A stretch of 64,000 bases of DNA from Leucoraja ocellata (taxonomy: Eukaryota). The translations under genes were made by a program, and so were the position numbers. Under the pieces are notes generated by a model that was not told the origin of the DNA, did not search any database, and saw only the letters and a program-made list of their open reading frames with translations. The DNA is taken from the NCBI GenBank assembly GCA_036785375.1, contig JAWMAR010001182.1, positions 248,001 to 312,000 of the forward strand. Reading direction: 5' to 3'. Shown one piece after another: positions 1-12,352 of this stretch. Position 1 is the stretch's first letter. Each line of letters opens with the position of its first letter.

Positions 1-120
1 GATGCAGCAGCATCTATGGAGCGAAGGAAATAGGCAACGTTTCGGCCCGTAACGTTGCCTATTTCCTTCGCTCCATAGATGCTGCTGCATCCGCTGAGTT
101 TCTCCGGATTTTTGTGTACC
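1..120. mobile_element. Penelope-derived palindromic (hairpin) short element
   Basis: Near-perfect inverted repeat gatgcagcagcatctatggagcgaaggaaataggcaacgtt ... aacgttgcctatttccttcgctccatagatgctgctgcatc; the family recurs throughout the window. Confidence 0.7.
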
Positions 121-183
121 ACCGGGTTGGAGATTAATTGGCTTCGTTAAACATTGTAAATTGGTACGGGTATGGTATTTAGT

Positions 184-500
184 TAGAAACATAGAATCAT
201 AGAAAATAGGTGCAGGAGTAGGCCATTCGGCCCTTCGAGCCTGCACCGCCATTCAATATGATCATGGCTGATCATCCAACTCAGTATCTTGTTCCTGCCT
301 TCTCTCCATACCCCCTGATCCCTTTAGCCACAAGGGCCACATCTAACTCCCTCTTAAATATAGCCAATGAACTGGCCTCAACTACTACTCTGCGGCAGAG
401 TATTCCAGAGATTCACCACTCTCTGTGTGAAAAATGTTTTTCCTCATCTCGGTCCTAAAAGATTTCCCCCTTATCCTTAAACTATGACCCCTTGTTCTGT
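184..500 (-). mobile_element. CR1/HER1-type LINE 3' fragment
   Basis: (CATAGAAA)n tail and ORF2 C-terminus (WNSLP..VVEASSLAIFKRELD) on the minus strand. Confidence 0.9.
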
Positions 501-810
501 GCCGAGGTAAAGTGAAATTCATTTTCATATGCCGTTCAATACACGTATCAATATACATGAGCACTTAGATACATATCAGAGAACCATCTCAGATATAGTC
601 CAAGTGTAAACCAGTCGTACAAGCAGCGCCATTGTTCAGTCCTAAGTAGTTGTAATTGTCCCTGGTGTGCAAGATAGTGCTACAGTGTGGATGATCCTCG
701 GGTAATCGGTGTTCTTAAGGATCCATTTCCGCGTAGTATCTCTAAGGTCTAAAATCTAATGTCTAAAGCTATCTTTTATTGAGGCAGCCCTTTCTGTTTA
801 ATGACTAAGT

Positions 811-824
811 GCGCCCTCTAGCGA
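811..824 (-). promoter_or_regulatory. Putative CTCF-binding element downstream of V1 RSS
   Basis: Minus strand TCGCTAGAGGGCGC matches the CTCF core; 24 bp beyond the nonamer, the same spacing as at V4. Confidence 0.65.
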
Positions 825-848
825 TCGATTATGACAAACACCGAAGGT

Positions 849-887
849 GGATTTTGTTCGAGCCCGCGGCACATTTGCACCAGTGTG
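849..887 (-). promoter_or_regulatory. 23-bp-spacer recombination signal sequence of V1
   Basis: Minus strand CACACTG + 23 nt + ACAAAATCC abutting the V coding end. Confidence 0.9.
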
Positions 888-1191
888 TATCGCATAGCAC
901 ATATGTACAGGGCGGAATCGGAGAACACGCCGTCACGTATCACGAACTCGCCCGTCTTTGTAGTTGTATTGAATGTAGCAGATATCGATCTGTGATGCCC
1001 TTCTGCCCCTGTATACGTTATATCCTATAACCTGAATCAGGTACTGCGGAGAATGTCCAAGGCACTGCTTGTACCAGTAAACAAATGGGAGGGAATCGCT
1101 GGTTTTCAGCAGGCACTTGAGTGTTACATCCGTTCCCTCTGCAACGCGGTTTCTGCTTCGGTCTGTTCCACCGCATTTTGATGGCTCCAGT
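888..1191 (-). pseudogene. TCR alpha/delta-type V segment V1, V exon (frameshifted)
   Basis: After acceptor ttctcttAG the minus strand reads DWSHQNAVEQTEAET, then (shifted) VAEGTDVTLKCLLKTSDSLPFVYWYKQCLGHSPQYLIQ, then (shifted) SATFNTTTKTGEFVIRDGVFSDSALYICAMR. Ig-V Cys23, Trp41 and DSAxYxC motifs are present; a 23-RSS follows directly. At least 2 frameshifts. Confidence 0.88.
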
Positions 1192-1446
1192 CTAAGAGAA
1201 AATAGAAATTGTCAGAATCACCATGATTGAAGCGGCAGCTGCATTATCTTTACATCGGCAGAAATCAGGTGACAACATTCGTGGGAAGACAGGATTTTTA
1301 CTGGGTGAAAATCCTTACTGAGAAGAGACATGAGAACAAAGATCGGGAGGCGGTGCTCGCACATAATTGGCACGATTCTGTAAGTAAACAATCCTTGAAA
1401 CGCACGTCGGACCAAATATGCTAACTGTAGAACCAGCTAACTCAAC

Positions 1447-1493
1447 CAGCTCCGACCGGCTGCAGCCAGCTCGCAAAGATGAATGGAAGCAAT
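1447..1493 (-). pseudogene. Probable damaged leader exon of V1
   Basis: Minus strand ATTG CTT CCA TTC ATC TTT GCG AGC TGG CTG CAG CCG GTC GGA GCT G|GTTGAG, i.e. (M)LPFIFASWLQPVGA. An extra T lies in the start codon and in the donor; GC box and TGACTCA lie upstream. Confidence 0.45.
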
Positions 1494-1754
1494 GCTGCCA
1501 ATGCGAATGAACCAAACACGAAGTGGGCGGGGCGGTCACAACATGAAACGAATTGGAGAAGGGCCACGCTACTGAGCTGCGCGGGTCTATGACTCATAAT
1601 AATGACTGCCCGGCCTGGGACGTCGGGAGCCGCGGACCTCGGTGGGAAGCGGCAGAATCGGAGGTCCTAGCCGCTGAAGTAGGTCTCCCGTTCCGATGCC
1701 GGAGTTCCATCACCCCGGCGAGTTCCATCACCCCGTACGTTACAGGCTGATATC

Positions 1755-2010
1755 AGGCGCTGGCTGTGTGGAGTTTGCACATTTTACCTGTAACCACGTG
1801 GGTTTCCTTCGGTTTCTCCAGTTTCTTCCCACATCCCCAAAGACGTACTGGTTTGTAGGTCCATTGGTATCTGTAAATTGCTCAATGTGCGCTGGAGTGG
1901 ACACCAAAGTAGAAGGGCATGCAACCAGTGTGAACGTGCGTTCGGTGATCGGCATGGACTCGGTGGGCCGAAGTATCCCTTTCCTTGCTGTATCTTCAAA
2001 TCAATCAATC
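1755..2010 (+). mobile_element. V-SINE (HE1-like) fragment
   Basis: Central V-domain-like tgtggagtttgcacatt...gtgggtttcc...ttcttcccacatcccaaagacgt; similar copies at ~49810-50130 and ~53700-53830. Confidence 0.65.
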
Positions 2011-2847
2011 GCACTGAATCCGCAGTCTGGTTCGATCATTTATAGACATACGCTTAATGATACCGAAGAGCGAACGTGGCAATATCAATTGATGATATAT
2101 AAGTTATTGTTAACTGGTACGCGGAGCGCTGTCGTAAATGGTAATGATCAGCAATACAATGTGCGTTGATTAGGGCTAAGATCAGGTGAATAGATAAGGG
2201 ATATTGTTCAACAGTCACTCAACAGGATCCATTATAACGCGTAAATGGCATTTTTTTTAAACATTCGGGGTGAGAATACGGCCGTTATACGATGCTGCAA
2301 GTCACGATAATGCCTAACTTTCTATAATAGCTCACAATCAGGGCGTGCGAAGAACTCAGCGGGCCACAAAACAAGCGCGGAAGCAAAACATGTATTGCGG
2401 TAGAGTTATTTAGTCACAGAATGAAACAGCGAGGAAAGAGGCCCTTCGGGCCTTCTGCCCACAAAGACCAGCATGTCCCAACATGTCCCAGCTACACGAG
2501 TACCAACTGCCCGCATTTGGTTTATATCCCAATCCAAATCTGCCCTGTCCATATACCAGTCTAACTGTTTCTTAAACATTCGCATTGTCCCAGCCTCAAC
2601 TACCTCCTGTGACAATGGAACAGGTTCAAGGGTCTGTCTAGTAGAACTGAAAACGGAAAATTCGGCCGTTAAGTTATAAATCAGTTTTATTCGCAAGAGA
2701 GAGAAAAAAAAACCCGTCTTACAGCACAGCAGCGCACTCTCTCTCTATCTGCTTCCGTTTGCGGCGCTGATTGCAACCCAGTCCGTCGGTGAACCTTTAC
2801 GTCAAGAACTACCTTATAGCTTACCGGCGCCTGACTTTATACAGGCC

Positions 2848-3080
2848 TAGATCATAGACACATAGAAATATAGAAATAGGTGCAGGAGTAGGCCATTCGG
2901 CCCTTCGAGCCTGCACCGCCATTCAATATGATCATGGCTGATCATCCAACTCAGTATCCTGTACCTGCCCTTCTCTGCATACCCCCTGATCCCTTTAGCC
3001 ACAAGGGCCACATGTAACTCCCTCTTAAATGCAGCCAATGAACTGGCCTCAACTACCTTCTGTGGGCAGAGAATTCCAGA
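2848..3080 (-). mobile_element. CR1/HER1 LINE 3' fragment
   Basis: Same 3' UTR and tail as other copies. Confidence 0.9.
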
Positions 3081-3559
3081 GCGAACCAGACGTTGACATA
3101 ACCGCCGGTAGGTCCTGGCCGATAGCGCTGCTCCAAAATTTGAATTACAACCAATGATAGGGGACTACATCCGAGCAAGCTCCCCTTTGGAAACAAATCG
3201 CTATCAGCCGCAGACTGGCGCGCAAAGGTAGTACACACTGCTCTACAGACTTGGCGCGCCAAGGTAATACACACTGCGCTACAGACTTGGCGTGCAACGT
3301 TTTAAACAGAGCGCTGTCAGCTTAGCGCGCGAGTCTTTAACAAAACTCTGTTCCTAGATTCACCTAATCTGGGAAAGAGACTCTATGCATCTACCCGATC
3401 TATTCGTCTCATGGTTTGATACACCTCGAAAAGATCACCCTCGTCCTGCTGCACCCCAAGGAAATAGTTCCAGCCTACTCAACACGCCCCGATAAATTCC
3501 GATTAAAGTGCAATGGTCTCCTACTAAGCAGGTGGAGGTCATAACCGTAGTCGAGCTGA

Positions 3560-3840
3560 CAGAATTGTTCAGTTGCCTAATAACAGCTGGGATGAATCTG
3601 TCCCTGAATCTGGAGTATGCGTTTTCAAACTGCTGTAATTCGTGCGTGATCAAATTGTGGAGAAAGGGTAATTGACCGGGGTGAGATTGGTCCTTGATTG
3701 TGTCCTTGGTCCTTGCCGGCGCATCCCGAAGTGTAGATGGGGTCAATGGAAGAGAGGCAGATTTTAAATGATGGCCTGCTTGGTTAGAGCTGCTCGCAAA
3801 CCAGGCTGCGATGCACCTCGATAAGATGCTTTCAACGCGC
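3560..3840 (-). mobile_element. Rex1/Babar-like LINE fragment
   Basis: Translates ...YSRFRDRFIPAVIRQLN, a typical RT-ORF C-terminal motif (RF..SF.P.AIR.LN). Related pieces at ~20773-21090 (-), ~50510-50650 (+) and ~62700-62980 (+). Confidence 0.55.
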
Positions 3841-4090
3841 AGCCCTCTGGGTTATTTATCAATGTTTTCTTTCCACATAACATAATGCAAAATAACCAAT
3901 CCCTGAAAATCCCTTTTCAACCGCGTTCTGCCTAACCACTCCAACATGTTGTCAATCATTTTATCAGGCCTACGTCTATCCTTGGCAAAACCACACATCC
4001 GCCACGTTTTCTGTAAGTCTATAAATTGTGTTTCCGTCCCCTAAGTCTAACAAAGCCGGTCATTTCTGCATGGATCTCCGTATATCCGCA

Positions 4091-4222
4091 GTCTGAAGAA
4101 GGGTTTCGGCCCGAAAAGTCACCTATTTCCTTCGCTCCATAGATGCTGCTGCACCCGCTGAGTTTCTCCAGAATTTGTGTGTACCTTCATCTTCCAGCAT
4201 CTGCAGTTCCCTTCTTGAACAC
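4091..4222 (+). mobile_element. Penelope-derived short element with hammerhead-like motif
   Basis: gtCTGAAGAagggtttcggcccGAAAagtc followed by the family body. Confidence 0.65.
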
Positions 4223-4580
4223 AACAACTATTATGTCCCTTTGCCAAAATGTCATACACCCGGTTTCCAAATCTCAATTCCGAATCTCAATGTCTTCAGT
4301 TTGCTCCTCATGAAATATATGTTGTCAATCTCCTACGACGGTGTTCTATTTCGTAATCAGTTAAGAGACACGAACCTTAATCTCTTATCTCACAAGGGAC
4401 AATATTTCTACCTTGTCCGAAACGAGATTTCCATGACAAATGAGAGCCGTGTCACGTTTTTAATCATGCTGCTGGATTAAAGTCACACGTGCGTGAAACG
4501 ACTTAATGGTTTATTCAGAAAATGTCAATTAACAATTCTGATGATGCAAATTACCTACAGCCGTTGAGATTGGTGCCGGG

Positions 4581-4588
4581 TATAAATA
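4581..4588 (+). promoter_or_regulatory. TATA box of GPCR gene 1
   Basis: TATAAATA about 60 bp upstream of the ATG at 4646. Confidence 0.6.
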
Positions 4589-4645
4589 GAAGTACATCAT
4601 AAGTGTTCAGTAGTTATTGGTTATCAGCACGTCTTTCCAAAGAAA

Positions 4646-4715
4646 ATGCACGCGCCAGGAAATGCACCAATCTTTGCCGTTTACTACACTACTCTTGCGG
4701 CGTTTGGGTTGCCAG
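4646..4715 (+). CDS. GPR139-like GPCR gene 1, exon 1
   Basis: MHAPGNAPIFAVYYTTLAAFGLP + G|GTAAAT phase-1 donor; near-identical in structure to gene 2 exon 1. Confidence 0.88.
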
Positions 4716-5417
4716 GTAAATCTTCCCAGTAAACGCATAGCGGAAACCGAAGTTAAACCGTGTTACATCCAGTTCAGGTCCCTCGTTAGAACGGTTAGGA
4801 ACTGCAGATGCTGGTTTAAACCAAAGACTAGTACAAAAGGTTGGAGTATGTAAGCCGGTCAGGCAACATCTCTGGAGAAAGGGAATATGTGACTTTTCCG
4901 GTCGAGACCCTTCTTCACATTTTTAAAATAACAGTTTGTATTTGTTTTTGACAAAGCAGCTTCCATATGTTCCTTTTCCTGTATGAAGTTAAACTGAAGC
5001 CGGTCCACTTATTTACGTCCAGAATCCGATGAGGTCATTATAAACCAAACGGGATAATTCTCTCCGGCAAAGCCAACCTTTCCCCACATCGAAAGGAAAG
5101 TAACTTAATCGGTATCAGTATTTGAGTTTAGTGCATTGTCGCGTTTACCGAGATGCAGGGAAACATTTACTGGTATTGATATATTATAGGTATATGTATA
5201 TTATTGCCGTGTATGGAGATACAGTGGAATAATTTGTGATGCAATGATATGCAGGCAACTCATATCGTTCAAGTGTACAATAAATAGTTAGTGCTCAGGA
5301 AAACAAAATAACAGAGTGCAGAATATAGTGTTGCATAGACAGAGAAAGTGCAAATAGAAAAGTGTCAGGATGACAATGGAGAAAGTGTCAGGATGACAAT
5401 GGAGAACGCTTCAATGT

Positions 5418-5572
5418 TCGGGGCTGTTTGTAAGATCCCGGAGGTTGCAGGTAGTGGAAGCAGGTAGACTGACAAAAACCTCCGGAAACCTCCGGGAACC
5501 GCACGGAAACATTGGGTGGGGCGCAAAGTCTCCAGATGTTTCTGTTCAGGTTTCCTAAGTGGGACAGGGGCA
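5418..5572. mobile_element. Harbinger-like MITE, partial
   Basis: Ends ...cctaagtgggacaggggca, the same TIR as the complete copy at 39045-39264. Confidence 0.6.
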
Positions 5573-6094
5573 TAGGTTTTTATCTTGTGCCTCGATAGGT
5601 CATGGCAAATTTAGGCAACAATTCGGTAGGTCTATTATCACCAGAGAATGTTATTCATGTTTGTCATTGGTCACCTGAGTCAGGTACCACTGTTTGCTTT
5701 GGAATGTATGCATTTTCCTAATTTAATATTAATTACATGTTTTCTGCATTTCTTCCGTTCTAAACCATAAACATTTAAAACCAAATACTACTAAGTTAAG
5801 CTATGTGGCAACGTTTCCATTCGGTGTGGTCATTTTAACTGATAAACGGGTCAGGCAGTGTCTATGAAGGACGTGGAGGGGCGAACGTTTCCTGTCAGGA
5901 CTCTTCTTTCATCTGATTGTCGGCGGAAGAGGAAGCTGAAAAAGAGATGGGGGGGCAAAAAGCCTCGCGAGTATTATTTTTCAACCACAGCAAATTTCAC
6001 CAGGACCGCATTTCGTTTCTACGTTCCGATAAAAACTGGCGACGCGGCCGGAATTATGATGAATAACTCCATCGTATTTCTGTTTGTTTCACAG

Positions 6095-7001
6095 CCAATA
6101 TGGTGACGATCGTGATTCTCTCCCAGGGAAGATGCGGCCTTTCCAAATGCATTACTCGCTACCTGGTGTCCATGGCGTTGATGGATCTCCTGGTCATTCT
6201 CGCAGCCGTGATATTGACCCGGCTGCGGCCAATTTATTTCCCGCTTAGTTTCTTGGCAACAAATCCCGCCTGCAGTGTCGTTATTGCAGTCAGCTGGGCT
6301 TGCAAAGACACCTCCGTCTGGCTAACTGTCGCGTTCACCTTCGATCGGTTCATCGCCATTTGCTGCCAGCGACTGAAACACGGTTATTGTACGGAGAAAA
6401 CGGCGGCTGCAGTTATTGGAGTAATCTGCGCCCTTGTCTGTTTCAAAAACATACCGCTCTACTTTTGTTTATGAGCCCGTGTATATTATCGATAAGGTGC
6501 CCTGGTATTGCAGCATAAAATAAATCTATTATACTTCAACTTCCTGGCGAGTTTATGACTGGCTGCATCGTATATTAAACCCATGTCTCCCTTTCCTTCT
6601 GATTTTGTTCCTTAACGCTGTGACAGTGAGACACATCTTGGCGGCCAGTGGAGCCCGCAAGAGGCTCCGGGCCCAGAGCAATGGAGACAACCAGAGAGAT
6701 CCAGAGATGGAGAGCAGGAGGAAGTCCATCATTTTACTCTTCGCCATCTCGGGTAGTTTCCTGTTGCTTGCGCCTGACGTTCGTTGTCAACTTCCTGTTT
6801 GTGCAGTTTTCGAGCAACAACTATGCCAACAGTTCAAATTCCACTGACCCGAGCTTTATTCTTCAAGAAAGCGGATATATGCTAGAGCTTCTCAGTTCCT
6901 GCACCAATTCGTGCATTTATGCGGGGACGCAGACCAAATTCAGAGAGCAGTTGAAAAATGCGGTCACATACCCCTTCAACTTGATTAAGAAAATCAAGTA
7001 A
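6095..7001 (+). pseudogene. GPR139-like GPCR gene 1, exon 2 (two +1 frameshifts; pseudogene or assembly error)
   Basis: Acceptor tttcacAG|CC AAT ATG; (A)NMVTIVILSQGRCGLSKCITRYL...FTFDRF...PCLPF...SSCTNSCIY...KIK*. Single extra T at ~6463-6470 and ~6768-6770; no in-frame stops once corrected; AATAAA at ~7057. Confidence 0.88.
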
Positions 7002-7104
7002 GTGGCAAGAAAATCAATGTCCGCCCCTACATCACATGGTAATTGTAAACATAAAAAATAAAGAGTTTACTTCCTTGTAACCGTATGCAGGCTGTTCATT
7101 CATA

Positions 7105-7390
7105 TAAACATAGAAAATACGTGCAGTCGGCCATTCAGCCCTTCGAGTCTGCACCACCATTCAATATGATCATGGCTGATCATCCAACTCAGTATCCTCT
7201 ACCTGCATTCTCCCCATACCCCCTGATCCCTTTAGCCACAACTCCCTCTAAAATATAGCCAATGAACCTCAACTACCTACTGTGGCAGAGAATTCCTGAG
7301 ATTCAACACTCTCTGTGTGAAAAATATTTTTCTCATCTCGGTCCTAAAAGATTTCCCTCTTATCCTTAAACTGTGACCCCTTTTTCTGGA
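7105..7390 (-). mobile_element. CR1/HER1 LINE 3' fragment
   Basis: Same family tail and 3' UTR. Confidence 0.88.
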
Positions 7391-9384
7391 ATTCATATAT
7401 GATTGTCCGCTTTAGGTTAATGTGTGCTATCTGCAGTAAGCCTAATGATGATATAGCCTTGTGGCAATAATGCCGGGCGAAATAAGCGTTAGACACTGAC
7501 AGTACACAATTCCAAAATAGAGTCGTCCTCGATTTCAGATTTGTCTGTGTGTTATTTGAGTATTATTCGTAAGAAACCATCTGTTGTCCATTGATAAGTT
7601 CCCTGAATTGACAAGTTCACTGACTCAGGGGGAAACTAAAGTTCCGCCGAATTGCTCGCGCTTGAGTTGCGTATTAAGATAAACGTAGCAAGCCAGTAGG
7701 TTTCCCCGTTGGGAACTTTATTCGTCCAGGCTATGCTGGCATGGATCCGATGAACAGCATAGAGCCAACGCTGAACATTGACATCCGCGCCACCGCAAAG
7801 GCTCGCGTCAGGCAGAACCCCAGCATTAAATATAAGGCATTGACAATTTGGTTTGTAGAACGGGCTGGATGCATTCCATATCCTCTTCACCAGCGTGACT
7901 GGGTTATGCAGATTTATGCTCGGCGACACTAAAATGTTTAACAGCCTCTTTATAAAATAATGTCCAACGGTGTTGTGAAATAATGAACATCAAAGTAACT
8001 AATTTTCATCACGTCGCCCTGTTGACAAGTGTATGGTGTTAATACCGAAAATATTTGTAAATACGGTACACTGTCAGGACGTTGATAGAATCGTATATCC
8101 AAAAATAAAATGAACTCAGACTGAAACTCAATGATAAACGCGACCGAGACTCGAATCCTGGGCAGGTAGCGGTATCAATACAGGTGTCCTAACCTCCCCT
8201 GCCCCTCAATCCCCGTAGGCATGGAAAAAAGGACAGGAAACTGATTTGGTCCGAGGGACTTTAAAAACCTAAACAACCTCGAGGCGAAATGGGTAATAAG
8301 ACAATTAATTCCCGGCACAACGGTTAATTTTGTATTTAGCTGCGAAATTAGGTGCAAAACTAATTATATACTTTAATTTCAGGCCATCCAAGTAAGATGT
8401 ATCACATTTGTTTTCGAATGCTTCAGTCTATAATAACTGAAAATTTCAATCAGTTCTCTTAATTTTTAAGAAAGTCATTGGCTTTTATGTCAATTGACTG
8501 TCCTCGATCACAGATTCTGTGTTAAGTCAATGGAAAAGCAATAGGGAACAAGATGCGAATTTCCTAGTATGAAAGTGACCTCGACTTTTTTAATACTGGA
8601 GATATGAAAGTGGATTGGGTATCAAATTAAAGTTATTTTTAAGATTTATCTGATGGGATAAATTATAGGCTTGAGGTTTGAGAACTGAAAATGGTGTAAC
8701 ATCCTACAAATAGTCATTCGCCATCACTCAGTAAAATAGTCGTAATCCTCCTCTTTGTTTCTCTTTGTTTCCCCTCTGCACATAACTACATTGTAGGTGT
8801 AATTACGCCTAAGTCAGGATATTATAGCGATGTCTAACAATTTTAATATTTTAGTTTTTATTTGGCTGTATGTTTGTAGGTGGGATTTGATACGTTGTAG
8901 GAGTGTGTCTATTTCTAGAAGACACTAGAGCAGACTCATTGATTAGGTGTCAGTTGGGTCTCGGAAGGATGGTGAGAATACAGTTGTTTTACCACACACA
9001 CATGACATGCTCACGACACGTACAAGTGGATGAGACGACATATTTTTATAGGAAGAAATTTCATATGATTTATGTGACATGAATGGAACAGCGATTTAGA
9101 ACGGGAAGTGACGGATTATTTATTTGCTATGTACTACTTCAATAAAAGTCTAATTAATCAAGAAACAACGTTTGGAAGATTCGTTTTTACTATCTTAAGT
9201 GTGTCGTGAGTGCGTAAAGTATGCCTCCCAACCATTGCCGAGGAGTAATGGCTATCTAAGTTTGAGAATTTCGTAAAACTGCCATTATATGCATTATTGT
9301 CGATCTCATGTGTTTACTCTTGCACAATAATATCCCGCGAGTAGCATGGTTAAAACATTTCGTAGGCGCAAATGCATCAGCGCC

Positions 9385-9820
9385 ACACCAGCCGGTATAA
9401 TCCCTTCGGCCCAGTTAGCCCAAGTCGACAAAGATACCCCTTGTAAGTTAGTCGCATTTGCCTGTTTTCCCCCGTATCCTTTCCTGTGCATCCCATTGTC
9501 CAAATCCGGTTGAAATTTTGTAGTAGTTGCCTCCACAACCTCCTCCCCTGGTAGGTCGGCCCATAAACCCACCACAATCTGGGTGCAAAAATGCCGCTCA
9601 ACTTCCTATTAAATCTCACCCTAAAACTATCTCTCCTTGTTTTGATTCCCCTACCCCGTGAAGCTTTGTCGATTCTCCCTGTCCCTTCCACTCGTGATTT
9701 TGTACATCACTTTTGGATCAACACTCAGCCGCCTGCACTGCATCGTGTAAAGTCGCAGCCTGCCCTATCTCTCCCTGTAGCTCATGCCCTCGAGTCCTTG
9801 CAACATCCTCGTAAATCTAT
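9385..9820 (-). mobile_element. Old, diverged CR1-like LINE 3' fragment
   Basis: Degenerate GIKTRRDSFRV...LPGEEVVEA motifs. Confidence 0.6.
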
Positions 9821-10144
9821 TCCACTCTCTTTCCATTGGGACATATTCAAGCTGCTCTTTCCCCTGTACTACACTGGTAATATTCTCAAATCAAAAATAT
9901 ATTTTTTTCTCTGCAGAGATGCTGCATGTCCTGGTGAGGTACTCCGGAATTTTGTTTCTACCTTCGATTTAAACCAGCATCTGCAGTTCTTTCCTACACA
10001 TCAAATCATTTTAAATGCAGCCTGAATTTTACGGATGTTTGCAATGTTTTCCAAACGCTGCGCGGATAGATATTCAACAAAGCTATCTGACGTTTCTCCT
10101 GGGATCGTAGATCATGCTATTTACATTTCCGTTCCTTTTATTTG

Positions 10145-10220
10145 AATGATTGAATCGATCAATCGATCAATCGATCAATCGACCAATCAATCAATCAATC
10201 GATGATCGATCAATCAATCA
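10145..10220 (+). repeat. (ATCA/ATCG)n microsatellite
   Basis: Directly visible tetranucleotide array; a poly-C run follows at ~10328-10364. Confidence 0.9.
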
Positions 10221-10328
10221 ATATTTTGTTGTCACGGTGAGAAGGTATGCAATAGTCGCCACATAAAGAGACGCCGACAAAGTTACCCCACGCACACACA
10301 CACCCATACGCCGGGTCCTCCATTGTTC

Positions 10329-10365
<37 letters not shown>

Positions 10366-11533
10366 CTTCACGGCGGTCCTGCCACGCCGGGTCCTCCTTC
10401 GTCATCCCCCAAGCAGCATCGTCCACATTACGACGTGGTCCATCCTCGTACACAGGCCGGCGCCCTCATCGAACGTCGCACCGACCTCTCGACTGTTGCC
10501 ACCGGGTCTCCTACTGACGCCTCCGTGGCGCCGACCCAGGCCCCAGCCGCGGGATCCGTCGACCCAGGGACCGGCCGCGGGTTCTGACGACCCAGGCGGA
10601 GCAGGTCAGATTATTATTAAAATGAACGATTTCATCACTTACAATGTTATGTCAAACGTGTGGTTACATGTCTCCAGTCCCAGGCCCAGCCCTGTGGGCT
10701 ACCTCTCGACGTATGCTATGTTGTACACTTCCAGTGTAAGTTGCACGTTAAATTATGACTTGGAGGAAATTTATCAGGTTTAAATGCTGAGGTAAATGAC
10801 GGGTGTGTATCACTTTCTGCAGCAGCAGACGTTGACAGAGTGCATATTACACTGGGTAATGTCTCACACAATACATATTGCTCACGCACTCTACACAATC
10901 ATTTTTCCCGTTAGAAGGCGAATAACCACAGATTCATAAAATAACAAAATCAAACAGAAAATCAGATATAACCAGCAGGTCAATTTATGACTGTTACAAG
11001 CAGAGCATGAATTCCTTCAACGGTCTGGGCATTGAGTATAAAACAATTGCAAGTCATGTCTGAAGAAGGGTCTCGAAACGTCACCCATTCCTTCTCTCCA
11101 GAGTCGCTGCTTGTGCCGCTTGTTGTGTCTATGTTGGGGTATTGCGTGCAGTGCAGGCCGCCCCATTTCAGGAAAGAGAGGGAGGCTTAAGAGTGGGTGC
11201 AGGTGAGGTTTGCCAGAATGGACTAGAGGGTTTTAGCTACACGAGTAGATTGGACCAATTTGGATTGGCATCTCTTGAACGTCGGTGGCTCGGAGAGACC
11301 TGATAGGAGTAGAAAGAGCTGACAGTCAGAACCTTTTTCCCCGGGTGTAAATGTTAACGGCTATACAGCACAGCTTGAGGATGGGAGGGACAATATTTAT
11401 CAGAGATGGGGGGTTTTAATACAGAGGACGGTGGGTGCCTGGAACGCGCTGCCAATGGGCTGCTCGAGGCAAATCGGATAGTGACGTACAAGATGGTTGC
11501 CAATAGACACGTGGATATGCAAGGAAATGGATA

Positions 11534-12064
11534 TGGTTTCCAAATCTGAGGAAGGACATTCTTGCCATAGAGGGAGTGCAGAGAAGGTTCACCAGACTGA
11601 TTCCTGGGATTTCAGGACTTTCTTATGAAGAAAGACTGGACAGACTCGGCTTGTACTCGCTAGAATTTAGGAGATTGAGGGGGGATCTTATAGAAAGTTA
11701 CAAAATTCTTAAGGGATTGGACAGGCTAGATGCAGGAAGATTGTTCCCGATGTTGGGGAAGTCCAGGACAAGGGGTCACAGCTTAAGGATAGAGGGGAAA
11801 TCCTTTAGAACCGAGATGAGAAAAACATTTTTCACACAGAACGTGGTGAATCTCTGGAACTCTCTGCCACAGAAGGTAGTTTATCGGCTATATTTAAGAA
11901 GGAGTTAGATGTGGCCCTTGTGGCTAGAGGGATCAGGGGATGTGGAGAAAAGGCAGGTACGGGATACTGAGTTGGATGATCAGCCATGATCATATTGAAT
12001 GGCGGTGTAGGCTCGAACTACCGAATAGCATACTCCTGCACCTATTTTCTGTTTCTATGTTTCT
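11534..12064 (+). mobile_element. CR1/HER1 LINE 3' fragment
   Basis: QRRFTRLIPG..LSYEERLDRLGLYSLEFRRLRGDLIE... plus tail. Confidence 0.92.
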
Positions 12065-12352
12065 AGGAAAGTAGGGATATGAATCACACGGAGAGAGAGG
12101 CTATGACTTTAACTTGCAATCTGAATACCCTCGTAACAGCATGAACAGGAAAGAAACTTCGAATTGTATATACTTTTATTTCAGATGTTTAGACCCTGAG
12201 ATGTAAACTTGCATTGGTGTGCTCGCGAGGGCGGGGTACATAGCATACATCACCAGCTCACGTTAACAATAAGGACGGAAAATAGAATATAGCTCTCAAG
12301 CTCCGTTTCACTGACAATCCTCATTGTTGTTGTAGAGATAAATGTGTTCAGT

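Noticed and set aside
1700-1735. Short direct repeat gagttccatcacccc x2, and tail arrays elsewhere, considered as CRISPR-like
   Set aside because: Eukaryotic DNA; only local tandem duplications with no spacer array or cas genes.
8175-8700. Possible DNA transposon fragment (TA-CAGGTG start, AT-rich body)
   Set aside because: No matching second TIR or transposase remnant could be identified.
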